A stretch of DNA of 60,444 nt from Anaerolineae bacterium (GTDB lineage Bacteria; Chloroflexota; Anaerolineae; B4-G1; SLSP01), in contig JALOOJ010000002.1 of assembly GCA_025454475.1 (NCBI GenBank), positions 1 to 60,444 of the forward strand, in the 5' to 3' direction. This document shows, one piece after another, positions 8,445-17,805 of the stretch. Numbering within the stretch: position 1 is the stretch's first letter; each line of letters starts with the position of its first letter. Under the pieces are notes generated by a model. That model searched no databases. It was not told where the DNA came from and was given only the letters and a program-made list of their open reading frames with translations. The position numbers and the translations under genes were made by a program.

Positions 8445-9161
8445 ATGGGCAAAGTAGGTAAGAAATACGCAGCAGTCGCGAGCAAGGTTGATGCGAACCG
8501 CCTCTACAGCGTCAAGGACGCAGTTGAACTGATCAAGCAGGTGAGCTACACCACCTTCGATGGGACCGTGGAAGTGCACATGCGTACCTCGCTGGATCCT
8601 CGCCGTGCGGATCAGGCCCTCCGTGGTGTAGTCCGTCTACCCAATGGTCTGGGCAAGACTGTGCGCGTCCTGGTGTTTGCTGCGGGAGAGGCCGCCCGTG
8701 CAGCCCAGGAAGCGGGAGCCGATTACATCGTCAACGATGACGAGGGTATCCAGAAGATCCTCGGCGGTTGGACGGATTTCGACGTCGCTATTGCCGTACC
8801 GGACATGATGCGCCACGTTGGGCGTCTCGGGCGTGTCCTAGGCCCTCGTGGCTTGATGCCGACTCCCAAGACGGGGACGGTTGTCCCGGATGATGATGTG
8901 GCGCGTGTTGTGGACGAAGCCAAGGCCGGCCGTGTGGAGTATCGGCTGGACCGAACTGGGAACATCCATTGCCCCATTGGCAAGATCAGCTTCTCCGAGG
9001 AGCAGCTAATCGGCAATCTGGCTGCCGTGATGAGCACGATTCGCCGCGCACGTCCGGCGGCTGCCAAGGGATTGTTCATCCGCCGCGTTACGCTGGCCCC
9101 CACCATGGGCCCCGGCATCAAGGTGGATGCTGCCGAAGCGCTGGCCATGGAGCCTGCCTGA
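8445..9161 (+). CDS. rplA: 50S ribosomal protein L1
   Basis: [34 protein letters not shown]. Confidence 0.98.
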   Translation: MGKVGKKYAAVASKVDANRLYSVKDAVELIKQVSYTTFDGTVEVHMRTSLDPRRADQALRGVVRLPNGLGKTVRVLVFAAGEAARAAQEAGADYIVNDDEGIQKILGGWTDFDVAIAVPDMMRHVGRLGRVLGPRGLMPTPKTGTVVPDDDVARVVDEAKAGRVEYRLDRTGNIHCPIGKISFSEEQLIGNLAAVMSTIRRARPAAAKGLFIRRVTLAPTMGPGIKVDAAEALAMEPA

Positions 9162-9186
9162 CAGTTCGCACATTATGTAGTATAAT
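9158..9186 (+). promoter_or_regulatory. Sigma70-type promoter for rplJL
   Basis: CTGACA-17 nt-TATAAT. Confidence 0.65.
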
Positions 9187-9189
9187 CTG

Positions 9190-9357
9190 AACCTGTCCGC
9201 CGAAGACAGCTGGTGCACGTGCGGGAAGGCCCGCCCAGTGCTTAATGATGCCCGCCGAGGCAGGAACCGGGGAAACCGATCAGCGCACTGGGTACGGTGT
9301 GCGCCACACTTTGTTCTCCTGAGTCCTTGCGTCGGAAAGCGCAAGGACTCTTTTTTT
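9190..9357 (+). promoter_or_regulatory. L10 leader (rplJL attenuator) ending in an intrinsic terminator
   Basis: CCGAAGACAGCTGG...TTAAT...CCCGCCGAGG core, then a GAGTCCTTGCG/CGCAAGGACTC hairpin with a T7 tract (9321-9357) upstream of rplJ. Confidence 0.8.
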
Positions 9358-9413
9358 GCCGTTTCGGGTCGAAGCGGAGCACAGCGGACTATCTGATAAG
9401 GAGGTGAGAAAGA

Positions 9414-9983
9414 TTGGCTATTTCACGCGCTCGTAAAGAGGAATTGCTGGAGTCGTATCGCCAGCAGATGGCGCAGAGCAGCGGGTTTATGATGGCTGAG
9501 TACACTGCACTGAACGTCGCGCAGCTACAGGATCTCCGCCACAAGGCACGCGGGCAGAACGCTGAGATGTTCGTTGTCACGAACACTTTGTTCGAGCTGC
9601 TGCTTGCCGAGATGGGCGTCACCGCACCCAAAGAACTCCTGACTGGACCAACGATCGTCGCGTTCTGCCATAACGACGTACCCTCAATGGCAAAGATGTT
9701 CCGTGAGGTCGCGCAGGGCATTGAGGAGAATCGCTTTGTCATCAAGGGTGGGATGATCGAGGGACGCCTGTTCGGCGCCGCCGAGGCGACGACCGTCGCC
9801 AACCTGCCGTCGCGCGAAGAGTTGCTCGCGCAGGTCCTGCGGACCATCAACGCCCCCGCGACCCAGGTTGTGGGTGTGGTCGCTGGCGGAATCCGCCAGA
9901 TCATGAACGTTGTCAAAGCCTATGCCGACAAGCTGGAGAGCGCCGCCGGCGCATCCAGCGAGACGGCAGAGGCCGCCGCCTAG
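9414..9983 (+). CDS. rplJ: 50S ribosomal protein L10
   Basis: TTG start after AAGGAGGTG. Motifs AISRARKEE, GPTIVAF and LPSREELLAQ. Confidence 0.96.
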   Translation: MAISRARKEELLESYRQQMAQSSGFMMAEYTALNVAQLQDLRHKARGQNAEMFVVTNTLFELLLAEMGVTAPKELLTGPTIVAFCHNDVPSMAKMFREVAQGIEENRFVIKGGMIEGRLFGAAEATTVANLPSREELLAQVLRTINAPATQVVGVVAGGIRQIMNVVKAYADKLESAAGASSETAEAAA

Positions 9984-10115
9984 CAGGCATACGGGAAGAC
10001 CTCACGCCGAGGCTTACCCACTCATACGGACCGTTATCCAGTTAGCAGACCATCGTGATCCGCCCCCTCATCAGGAGGGGAGACCACGAAACACAGAAAG
10101 GGAGAATTCACAGCA

Positions 10116-10496
10116 ATGGCAGATCTGGCGAAACTTGTAGAGGAAATCAGCGCGCTGACGCTGATCGAGGCTTCTGAACTGGTGAAGGCACTTGAGACCA
10201 AGCTGGGTGTCAGCGCTGCGGCCCCCGTTGCGATGATGGGTGCAATGCCCACCGCCGCCGCCGAGGTCGAGGAAGTTGAGGAGCAGACCGAGTTCACCGT
10301 CGTCCTAGCGGACTTCGGGCCGAAGAAGATCAACGTCATCAAGGTCGTTCGCGAGCTCACGAACCTGGGCCTGAAGGAAGCCAAGGACCTGGTCGAGAGC
10401 GCGCCCGCCAATGTCCTCGAGGCAGTCGGCAAGGAAGTTGCGGAGAACGCCAAGGCCAAGCTCGAAGAGGCCGGCGCCAAGGTCGAAGTGAAGTAG
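10116..10496 (+). CDS. rplL: 50S ribosomal protein L7/L12
   Basis: [45 protein letters not shown]. Confidence 0.98.
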   Translation: MADLAKLVEEISALTLIEASELVKALETKLGVSAAAPVAMMGAMPTAAAEVEEVEEQTEFTVVLADFGPKKINVIKVVRELTNLGLKEAKDLVESAPANVLEAVGKEVAENAKAKLEEAGAKVEVK

Positions 10497-10530
10497 CTGG
10501 CTTCTCCCATCGCGCAGACCATCGTGAATC

Positions 10531-10566
10531 AGCACAGAGCCCCTGGTTTCCCAGGGGCTCTGTGCT
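10531..10566 (+). terminator. Intrinsic terminator-like hairpin after rplL
   Basis: AGCACAGAGCCCCTGG-tttc-CCAGGGGCTCTGTGCT is a 16-bp perfect stem. Confidence 0.75.
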
Positions 10567-10577
10567 ATACTGCCGCT

Positions 10578-11771
10578 ATGTCAACGGAAACCGACCTCTC
10601 AGACCTAGCCACGACCACCGCTCGACAGCTCCAGACCGCGCTCATCGGCCTCTTCGCAGTTGAGGACATCACCCTCCTGGATAACAACAACCGCCCGATG
10701 ATCCGCTTTGGCGGCCGTCTTGCTGCCGGGGATCAGGGCGGGATCTTCGAAACGATAGTCGCAAGGTTCGAGCGCCTGGGCTACACGCCGATTCTCACCC
10801 AAGAGGATGGTCTCTATGTAGTCAGGGCGGTGCCTGTGGTCGCTAACGGCAAGGTCGGCAAGGCATGGGTCAACGCCATGCTTTTCGCGCTGACCGTTCT
10901 GTCCGTGCTCTTCCTGGGCGCGGTGCGTGAGAACGTTGACGTCATCGCCCACCCCCTCGAGATCTGGCGCGGTTGGCCATTCGCCATCACCATTATGGGC
11001 ATCCTGACAGCGCACGAGCTTAGCCACTACTTCATCGGGCGCCGCTACGGGTCGCCTACCAGCCTACCCTACTTCGTGCCGTTGCCCCTGAGCATCCTTG
11101 GCACGATGGGCGCGGTCATCGTGCAGCGAGGGCCAATGCGCAGCCGGAAGGCGCTGTTCGATATCGGCATCGCGGGCCCACTGGGCGGCTTGATCGTTGC
11201 CGTGCCGCTCCTGTTCTTGGGCCTGGCCTTCTCGCAGACGGGTACGCCGCACGAGTTCATGGACCTTCGACCAGGCGAACCTGCCGCGGTGATGCAGGAG
11301 GGAAACTCGATTCTCTACCTCGCCGCCAAGTTCGCTGTCTTCGGTCGAGTGTTGCCCGATCCGCAGACTGGAGAAGATGTCTGGCTCTCCCCGCCCAGTG
11401 CGGGCGGCTCCATCGCCTTTGCTGCGTGGGCCGGGCTCCTGGTCACCGCGCTCAACCTCTTCCCCATCGGGCAATTCGACGGCGGTCACGTTGCCTATGC
11501 AATGTGGGGCCAGAAGGCGTGGTCGTTAGCACGCGCCTTCGTGGGTCTGATCTTCGCCTGGGGGTTGCTCCTCATCTTCGTTGGCAACCAGGCCGGCACA
11601 ACATGGCTGGTATGGGGCGGACTGGGTATGTTGATGGGGCCGCGCCACCCGCAACCGCTGAACGATGTCACGCCGCTGGACCCTGGACGTAAGCGCCTGG
11701 GATGGGCACTGATACTGATCTTCATCCTCATACTCGCTCCGGTCCCACTCATCCAGACCGTGATCCCCTAG
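10578..11771 (+). CDS. Site-2 protease family (M50) intramembrane Zn metalloprotease
   Basis: HELSH, IGIAGPLGG and NLFPIGQFDGGH motifs, multiple TM segments. ATG 10578 lies 6 nt after TGcTATACT. Confidence 0.9.
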   Translation: MSTETDLSDLATTTARQLQTALIGLFAVEDITLLDNNNRPMIRFGGRLAAGDQGGIFETIVARFERLGYTPILTQEDGLYVVRAVPVVANGKVGKAWVNAMLFALTVLSVLFLGAVRENVDVIAHPLEIWRGWPFAITIMGILTAHELSHYFIGRRYGSPTSLPYFVPLPLSILGTMGAVIVQRGPMRSRKALFDIGIAGPLGGLIVAVPLLFLGLAFSQTGTPHEFMDLRPGEPAAVMQEGNSILYLAAKFAVFGRVLPDPQTGEDVWLSPPSAGGSIAFAAWAGLLVTALNLFPIGQFDGGHVAYAMWGQKAWSLARAFVGLIFAWGLLLIFVGNQAGTTWLVWGGLGMLMGPRHPQPLNDVTPLDPGRKRLGWALILIFILILAPVPLIQTVIP

Positions 11772-11791
11772 CCTCGCGGCGGGGGTATGTA

Positions 11792-13012
11792 GTGAGTTCT
11801 GCGGATTCTGCAGTTCCTACGGCCTTGGCAGGCCCCGTGACTTCTACGGGCCCCGTGACTTCTACGGGCCCCGTGGCTTCTACGGGCGTGGTCGGCATCG
11901 ATGCGAGCCGCGTGCTCAGCAGCGCTCCCACGGGTACAGAATCATACTCTTTTCACCTGATCCGCGCGCTCGTTCCCCTGTTGAGCGACCATCAGCCCGT
12001 ACGCCTGTATCTGCGGGAGCACGCGCCTCGGGGAATCGAGCCGGATAGCGCGTCTGCGCCCTGTAGGGGCGCCGAGTTGCGCGTTATGCCCTTTCCCCGC
12101 ATGTGGACTCACGTGCGCCTATCGTGGGAGATGCTTACCGATCCCCCGGACCTGCTCTTCGTGCCGGCCCACGTTCTGCCTTTGATCCGGCCCGATCGCA
12201 CGCTTGTTACGGTGCACGACCTCGGGTATCGAGTATACCCCGAAGCGCATCCGGCCTCCCAGCGCCGCTATCTCGACCTGAGCACCCACTGGAACGTCCG
12301 GTCAGCCACGCATATCTTGGCGGACTCCGTGGCGACGCGCCAGGCCATCGTGGACGCCTACGGCACACCCTCCGAGAAGATCACGGTGGTCTATCCGGGG
12401 TATGAGCCGGATCTGGCCCCTGTTCTAGACCCACCGACGCTCGAACAGATGCGGCGCCGGTACGGTATTCCGGAGGAGTACATCCTTTTCCTGGGTCGCA
12501 TCCAGCCGCGCAAGAACCTCGCTCGGCTCATTGAAGCCTTCAGCGCCATCGCTGCATCCAGTCCGGGTCTCTCTCTGGTGCTCGCGGGACCCACTGGGTG
12601 GCTCTCAGAACCGATCGTCGCCCGCGCCGCGGCGCGGAATCTCGGCGACCGCGTGCTTTTCCCCGGCTATATCGCTCCCGAGGACAAGGCAGCCCTCATC
12701 TCTGGTGCGCGGCTCTTTGCCTACCCTTCACTCTATGAAGGCTTTGGCTTCCCGGTTCTGGAGGCACAGGCGTGCGGCACGCCACTTCTCACGAGCGCCA
12801 CGTCGAGCTTGCCTGAGGTTACCGGGGAGGGCGGCTTGCTCGTCGACCCCAAGGACGTAGGTGCGATCGCCGAGGGATTGGGGCGGCTGCTCGAGGACAC
12901 AGAGCTACGTCAGCGGCTTGTGAGACTTGGCTTCGACAACCTAGCGCGCTTCTCGTGGGCCAAGGCAGCGCAACAGGTGAGTGCCCTGATAGGGGTCCTG
13001 TTGGCCCGATAG
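11792..13012 (+). CDS. Glycosyltransferase family 4 (GT-B)
   Basis: GIDASR, TVHDL, FLGRIQPRKN and YPSLYEGFGFPVLEAQACG motifs. Start is uncertain (GTG 11792 or GTG 11888). Confidence 0.9.
   Translation: MSSADSAVPTALAGPVTSTGPVTSTGPVASTGVVGIDASRVLSSAPTGTESYSFHLIRALVPLLSDHQPVRLYLREHAPRGIEPDSASAPCRGAELRVMPFPRMWTHVRLSWEMLTDPPDLLFVPAHVLPLIRPDRTLVTVHDLGYRVYPEAHPASQRRYLDLSTHWNVRSATHILADSVATRQAIVDAYGTPSEKITVVYPGYEPDLAPVLDPPTLEQMRRRYGIPEEYILFLGRIQPRKNLARLIEAFSAIAASSPGLSLVLAGPTGWLSEPIVARAAARNLGDRVLFPGYIAPEDKAALISGARLFAYPSLYEGFGFPVLEAQACGTPLLTSATSSLPEVTGEGGLLVDPKDVGAIAEGLGRLLEDTELRQRLVRLGFDNLARFSWAKAAQQVSALIGVLLAR
11831..11884 (+). repeat. 18-bp tandem repeat x3 (in frame, GPVTST)
   Basis: GGCCCCGTGACTTCTACG x2 followed by GGCCCCGTGGCTTCTACG. 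Confidence 0.9.
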
Positions 13013-13071
13013 CTGAGCATACACCACGTCAGGTGGCGCCTCAGGCGAGGTCGCCGATTCCCCTGCCGACT

Positions 13072-15282
13072 CTACAGAACGTGCTCCGTTCGATCAAGAA
13101 TTGCCCGCTGCAGCGCCGGCGAGAGGCTGTTGAAATAGGCTGAGAATCCCCCCACCCTCACGATGAGGTCAGCATGCATTTCAGGGTGCACCAGCGCATC
13201 CTCCAGCGCGGCACGGTCCACGACTGTCACCTGGATCTGCATACCGCCTCCGTCAAAGTACGTCGAGATCAGATCGCGAACAGCCCTACGCCCATCAGAC
13301 GATTTCAGGAGTACCTTTCCGAAGCGGATGTTCAGCACCGGGGTCCCCGTCGCCAACTGCAGCGGAAGGCGCATAACGCTGTTGATCATCGCTGTAGGGC
13401 CGTGTGTGTCGCGCCCCGCGACTGGACCGATAGAATCGGCCAACGGCTCGCCGGCACGGCGCCCGTCGGGGGTTGCGCCCACTTTGGCACCCTCAGCCGC
13501 ATAGGTGGTGAACATGATGCATGAAGGCAGGAAACGCCCACCGCGCCACGGCGCGTAGCGGCGAAACTCGCCAAACACAAAGGCAGCAATATCGGCGGCC
13601 AGATCATCGACCTCGGCAAGGTCATTGCCGAATCTGGGACAACGGCGCAGCCGCTGCCTGAGGGCCTCTTCTCCGTCGAAGTCGAGGGCCAGCTTCGACA
13701 GCAGCTGCTCCCCTGACAGGCCGTTCTGCTCGAAGACGAACTCACGAACCGCCGATAAAGAGTCCACCACGTTAGCCAGACCTGCGACGTTGACCACGCT
13801 CCAGTTGTACCTGGCACCCCCAGCGTTGAACTCCACGCCACGATCGATACAGTCATCGACTAGCAGACTACGCATCGGCTGGGGAACCAGTACCGCTTTG
13901 ACCTGCTGCATACGACTGACACCCTCGGTGATATCGACCACCACAGCGGCGACGTTCTTCTTGAACGCATCCAGAAGACCCGCAAAGGATCTTATGTTCG
14001 GGAGGTGCTGCTGCAGTGTCCTCTCCAGAATCATAGGCAGATGGATGCCGGCATCCAACGACCCAACGTTCGAGCAGCCGTGGATCATCGTTTCGGTGCA
14101 GCCACCACCGTTCCAGAGGACCACGTCCTCGTCGCGCACACCCAGGTGGGCCTCGCGGAGGCCGGCACAATAGCCGGCGTCGTTGTAGAAGGCGGGCTGA
14201 CCACAGCCCGTCGTCACCGCATCAAGGGCCGCATCCCAGATGTCATCGGGCATATCGGTGCGTACCCCAAGCTCATACGAGGGGCGATGTCTGTGGTGAA
14301 CGGCCTCAAGACACAGCCGGGTCACCTCATTGTAAGCCGCTCTGCCATCCGGCAGCGTACCGCCAATTGCGGCGCTCCACGCATCATTCGCACAGACGTT
14401 GTCAGTGAATGCTCGAAGCAGGGACAGGGCCTCGGCGCGCGTCACGGTCCCACAGCCCTGATCCAGGGCGTAATATGGATCGAGCTCTCGGTCCAGTCGG
14501 CCTGGGTTGTCGCAGTCATCGAGGTAGAAAACGAAGTTGTAGGCCACCACGGCTTCGTAGAAGGAGCGCGCCGGCTGAAAAGGCACCCGTCGCAGCGCCC
14601 CCAATAGCGCATCCCGGCGCCTGCACTGACCCGGATCCGCCGAGGTCCAATCCTCCAGCAGTGCCACGATCCGACTGTGCCAACCTCGAATGCCGGTCAG
14701 CACATCCTGAAGCCCTACGTAGAAGTCCATCTTGTCGCGATCGGACTCTGAGTAAGCTACTTCGAGGCCCATCTCGACTCGCGCAACGTGGGCCTCTAGA
14801 CCCTCGCGCAATACCCGACCGTAGTTGGGGATGCTGTGCGTGTAGCCCCGTCCGCCCACCGTGTGCGGCGAGTCCCAGACGCTCATCGCCTTCGTCAGGT
14901 CACTCATCGCAGCCCCCAAACGATTCAGCGCGACTGCCTCCTCGCCGTCGGCAGACTGTTGAGCTGACCGCAATGCATCGGCATTGAAGGCCCAGGTGAA
15001 GGAATATGAGGGTTCAACGATGCGGTTCTCCGTGGAGCTTCTGAGGATGCGTGGACCGCTGGGATAGAGCAGCTCGCCATCATAGGATGCCAGACTCCGC
15101 TTCTCAAGCCGGCGGCGTACGGCGCGGGACCAGCGACGCATCGGGCTCGCGCCAGGAAGCTCGAAGTAGCCCGCCGCGAAGTGCTCACCCAGGCGGTCCA
15201 GGACGGCGATATCAGGCGAAACCATATCGCCATATCTGGAATCGCTGGCGGAATCGGCCGCAAGTAGACTCGAACCCTGCAC
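13072..15282 (-). CDS. Glycyl radical enzyme (PFL-like superfamily), substrate unknown
   Basis: C-terminal glycyl loop LIVRVGGFSAYF, Cys loop NGGGCTE, ATPDGRRAGEPLADS, GPTA and GGMQIQ. Start is uncertain (15309, 15282 or ~15225). Confidence 0.9.
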   Translation of the reverse strand: MQGSSLLAADSASDSRYGDMVSPDIAVLDRLGEHFAAGYFELPGASPMRRWSRAVRRRLEKRSLASYDGELLYPSGPRILRSSTENRIVEPSYSFTWAFNADALRSAQQSADGEEAVALNRLGAAMSDLTKAMSVWDSPHTVGGRGYTHSIPNYGRVLREGLEAHVARVEMGLEVAYSESDRDKMDFYVGLQDVLTGIRGWHSRIVALLEDWTSADPGQCRRRDALLGALRRVPFQPARSFYEAVVAYNFVFYLDDCDNPGRLDRELDPYYALDQGCGTVTRAEALSLLRAFTDNVCANDAWSAAIGGTLPDGRAAYNEVTRLCLEAVHHRHRPSYELGVRTDMPDDIWDAALDAVTTGCGQPAFYNDAGYCAGLREAHLGVRDEDVVLWNGGGCTETMIHGCSNVGSLDAGIHLPMILERTLQQHLPNIRSFAGLLDAFKKNVAAVVVDITEGVSRMQQVKAVLVPQPMRSLLVDDCIDRGVEFNAGGARYNWSVVNVAGLANVVDSLSAVREFVFEQNGLSGEQLLSKLALDFDGEEALRQRLRRCPRFGNDLAEVDDLAADIAAFVFGEFRRYAPWRGGRFLPSCIMFTTYAAEGAKVGATPDGRRAGEPLADSIGPVAGRDTHGPTAMINSVMRLPLQLATGTPVLNIRFGKVLLKSSDGRRAVRDLISTYFDGGGMQIQVTVVDRAALEDALVHPEMHADLIVRVGGFSAYFNSLSPALQRAILDRTEHVL

Positions 15283-15286
15283 TGCC

Positions 15287-16345
15287 CTAACGCGCACTAA
15301 GCTCCTCATAGACGTCGTTGTAGTAGAGCACGCTTTCGACCGGCGTGTTGGCCGGGATGTGGTTGCCTACCGCGAGGAAGTACCCCGGGTGCTGCTTGCC
15401 GATGGCCATACACCGCTCCACCTCCGCCCGAATCTCGTCCTTGTTGCCGCGGAGCAAAACCCGCGTGTCGGCATTACCGATAAAGGCATGGGTCTTCCCA
15501 TAGGCATCGGCGATCCGCTGCATATCCGTCAATGGCTCCAGCACAAACCCATGGACGCCGCAGTCAACGAGGTCATCGAGGAAGCAGGTGTAGTTCCCGT
15601 CCGACGTAAACATGATCTTCTTCCCCGTCTCGTGCAATGGGGCGAAAAGCTTCCTGTAGTTTGGAAAGACGTACTCCCGATACCATCTGGGCGAGATGAA
15701 GGGCCCTGCACTCCAGACGATGTCGTCGTGGACCATCACCACGGGGACATTGGCCTTTCCCAGCGCGTTGTAGTACTGTTGGATCCACGAGGCATAGCGG
15801 TTGGTGACCTCGCCGAAACGCCGCTGATCAACGCCGGCTGCTAACAACAGCATCTCCCAGCCGAACATGGCAATCAGGCCTGAGACCACCGTGACGTAGA
15901 TGCCAGTCATCGTGACTTGATCGGGCGTCTCCGCGCGCTGCTGCCGGTAGCTGGCCTCGAACCGGCGAATGAGCTCTCCCTCATCACGGGGTCCGTAGAC
16001 CTCCCAGGGATCGAAAGCGAGCACATCCTCAGGTGACCTGAACGGACACGTGATTGTGTCGCGCCGGTCGATCCCGCCCTCGGAGTACTCCGCGTGTCCC
16101 ATATCGGTCGAACACGCCGCCAGCTCCGTATCGCTGATTAGCGTGGACCAGCGGAAGTCGAAATTCCACGCCTTCATCAGCGCCAACGCGCCGCGCGACT
16201 TGAGCGACGCCGGACTATGCGGATGGATCTCGATACCGGTTACGGCTTTGATAACGCCCCAGTGCTCCGTGACGGAATACTCGGTGTGCGGCACGCGCGG
16301 AGGCATCTCCAGGTTGATCGCCGCCCAGCCATCTTCGTACGACAT
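15287..16345 (-). CDS. Uroporphyrinogen decarboxylase/MtaA-like TIM-barrel family protein
   Basis: HDDIVWSAGPFISPRWYREYVFP, FTSDGN, FIGNADTRVL and GYFLAVGNHIPANTP. AAGGAG RBS. Confidence 0.85.
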   Translation of the reverse strand: MSYEDGWAAINLEMPPRVPHTEYSVTEHWGVIKAVTGIEIHPHSPASLKSRGALALMKAWNFDFRWSTLISDTELAACSTDMGHAEYSEGGIDRRDTITCPFRSPEDVLAFDPWEVYGPRDEGELIRRFEASYRQQRAETPDQVTMTGIYVTVVSGLIAMFGWEMLLLAAGVDQRRFGEVTNRYASWIQQYYNALGKANVPVVMVHDDIVWSAGPFISPRWYREYVFPNYRKLFAPLHETGKKIMFTSDGNYTCFLDDLVDCGVHGFVLEPLTDMQRIADAYGKTHAFIGNADTRVLLRGNKDEIRAEVERCMAIGKQHPGYFLAVGNHIPANTPVESVLYYNDVYEELSAR

Positions 16346-16446
16346 CAGATCGGCTCCTTCGTTTGGGGGAACTGACAGGCGACTGGGGATCGGGCATTAG
16401 GGCCGGAGGCAGGGAATGTCCGCCACCAATCCGCAGTCATCAATAC

Positions 16447-17685
16447 CTAACGTCCCAGATGTCGGTAATGCGAGAGCGTCACTGCCTCGACGCCACACTC
16501 CCCGACCGGGTCTGCAAGTGCCAGGGACGCATCGTCAGCCACAACAGACGGGAAGCAGCCGCGGACCTCGTTGTCCGACAACCAGACCGACGTCGCCGAT
16601 GGAGCAACGGCAACACCGACTCGCTCTCGGTCCGCCTCTCCGATGACAGTGTTGTGTTCGAAAGCCAAGTCGTGTGCGTCACCGGCGATCACGATCTGTC
16701 CCATGCCGCGGGAGCGCGCATTCCCCTCTACGGTACAATGACGGACACGACATGATTGAGCCTCTACCGGGCGCCGCGTCTCGCGAAAGAGGATACCCGG
16801 TCCCTCGTTTGCGCGGATCACGCAGCCCTCGACCAGGTTGTAGCTGTCACGCGTCCCAACCGAGATGCCGGGGCCGGCGTTCCCCACGAACGTGCTGCCC
16901 CGCACCGAGATATGGTTAGCGCGGACGCAGAAGAAGAAACCGGCAGCTCCGTTGCCCTCCGCAACGCAGTTCTCGTAGCTCGATCCCGTGCTCCCCGCGC
17001 CTGGATGAAAACCATTTCCAGCATTGCCGGTTGCGCAGCAGTCACGCAGGTGGACCTGGCTGCACATCTGGTAACCCACACCCTCGCCGGCGAAATCCGC
17101 CGCGACCACGTCGGTGATCGTCACCCCATGGCTCTGCAGGAAGTACACGGCGGCACCGCGACACGCCCCAATGCCCGCCGGCTGGTTGGCCCGGTGCCCA
17201 TCAAGTGTGAGCCCAGACAGCACCACGTTCTCCACGCCGAGTCCAAAGACGAGCGGGAAGGCTGTAACCAACACAGGGTTCTGGTCCGCATGGTAGTCTG
17301 AGTGCACACCACGGTCTATGCCAACCCAGGTTCCCTCGATCCACGTGATCCGAGCGAAGGTTTCAAAAAACCCGCCGTGCGCATCATCACGAATAGCGAC
17401 CGTCATCCCGGGTTCCAGCCCATCGGTGTACATCAGAGGCACATCGAGCATGCCATAGTTGTGGTAGCCGGACAACGGATAGACACGTCCGGGGGCTTGG
17501 TGCAGCACTGTGTCGCGACCCTGTCCCACCAGCTCAACGCTGGAGCGCATCTCGATCCCGCGGTCCACAACCAGGTCGATCGCCGGCAGTACAACACGCC
17601 CGCCATCTTCACCCAAGGCATCGATGGCCGCCTGGATATCCGAGGCCGATGTGACGGCTGAAGCCTCGAGTCGAATCTCTTCCAT
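16447..17685 (-). CDS. Right-handed parallel beta-helix (pectate-lyase-like) repeat protein
   Basis: N-terminal DIQAAIDAL...GGRVVLP...ELVGQG and repeated GNAGxG / N-x-G-x-G beta-helix turns. GGAGGT RBS. Confidence 0.8.
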   Translation of the reverse strand: MEEIRLEASAVTSASDIQAAIDALGEDGGRVVLPAIDLVVDRGIEMRSSVELVGQGRDTVLHQAPGRVYPLSGYHNYGMLDVPLMYTDGLEPGMTVAIRDDAHGGFFETFARITWIEGTWVGIDRGVHSDYHADQNPVLVTAFPLVFGLGVENVVLSGLTLDGHRANQPAGIGACRGAAVYFLQSHGVTITDVVAADFAGEGVGYQMCSQVHLRDCCATGNAGNGFHPGAGSTGSSYENCVAEGNGAAGFFFCVRANHISVRGSTFVGNAGPGISVGTRDSYNLVEGCVIRANEGPGILFRETRRPVEAQSCRVRHCTVEGNARSRGMGQIVIAGDAHDLAFEHNTVIGEADRERVGVAVAPSATSVWLSDNEVRGCFPSVVADDASLALADPVGECGVEAVTLSHYRHLGR

Positions 17686-17725
17686 AGTACCTCCAAGCGC
17701 GTCTAGTACTCAAGGAGTTACGTTG

Positions 17726-17769
17726 GTAGTAACCGCTTCAGCGGTTGTGACGGTTAGAGCCGGAACTAC
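17726..17769. repeat. REP-like inverted doublet (GTAG-type REPIN)
   Basis: GTAG-T-AACCGC-TTCA-GCGGTT, then an oppositely oriented unit whose reverse complement reads GTAGTTCCGGCTCTAACCGT. Confidence 0.6.
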
Positions 17770-17805
17770 GAACCTCAACCATCTACCAAACGGACCACTC
17801 GAGTA

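Noticed and set aside
13072-15309. Calling the glycyl radical enzyme pyruvate formate-lyase (pflB)
   Set aside because: It has a single Cys in GGCTE, not the Cys-Cys pair of PFL.
15287-16345. Calling the UROD-family gene hemE
   Set aside because: It lacks the RQAGR motif and has no tetrapyrrole-pathway neighbours.
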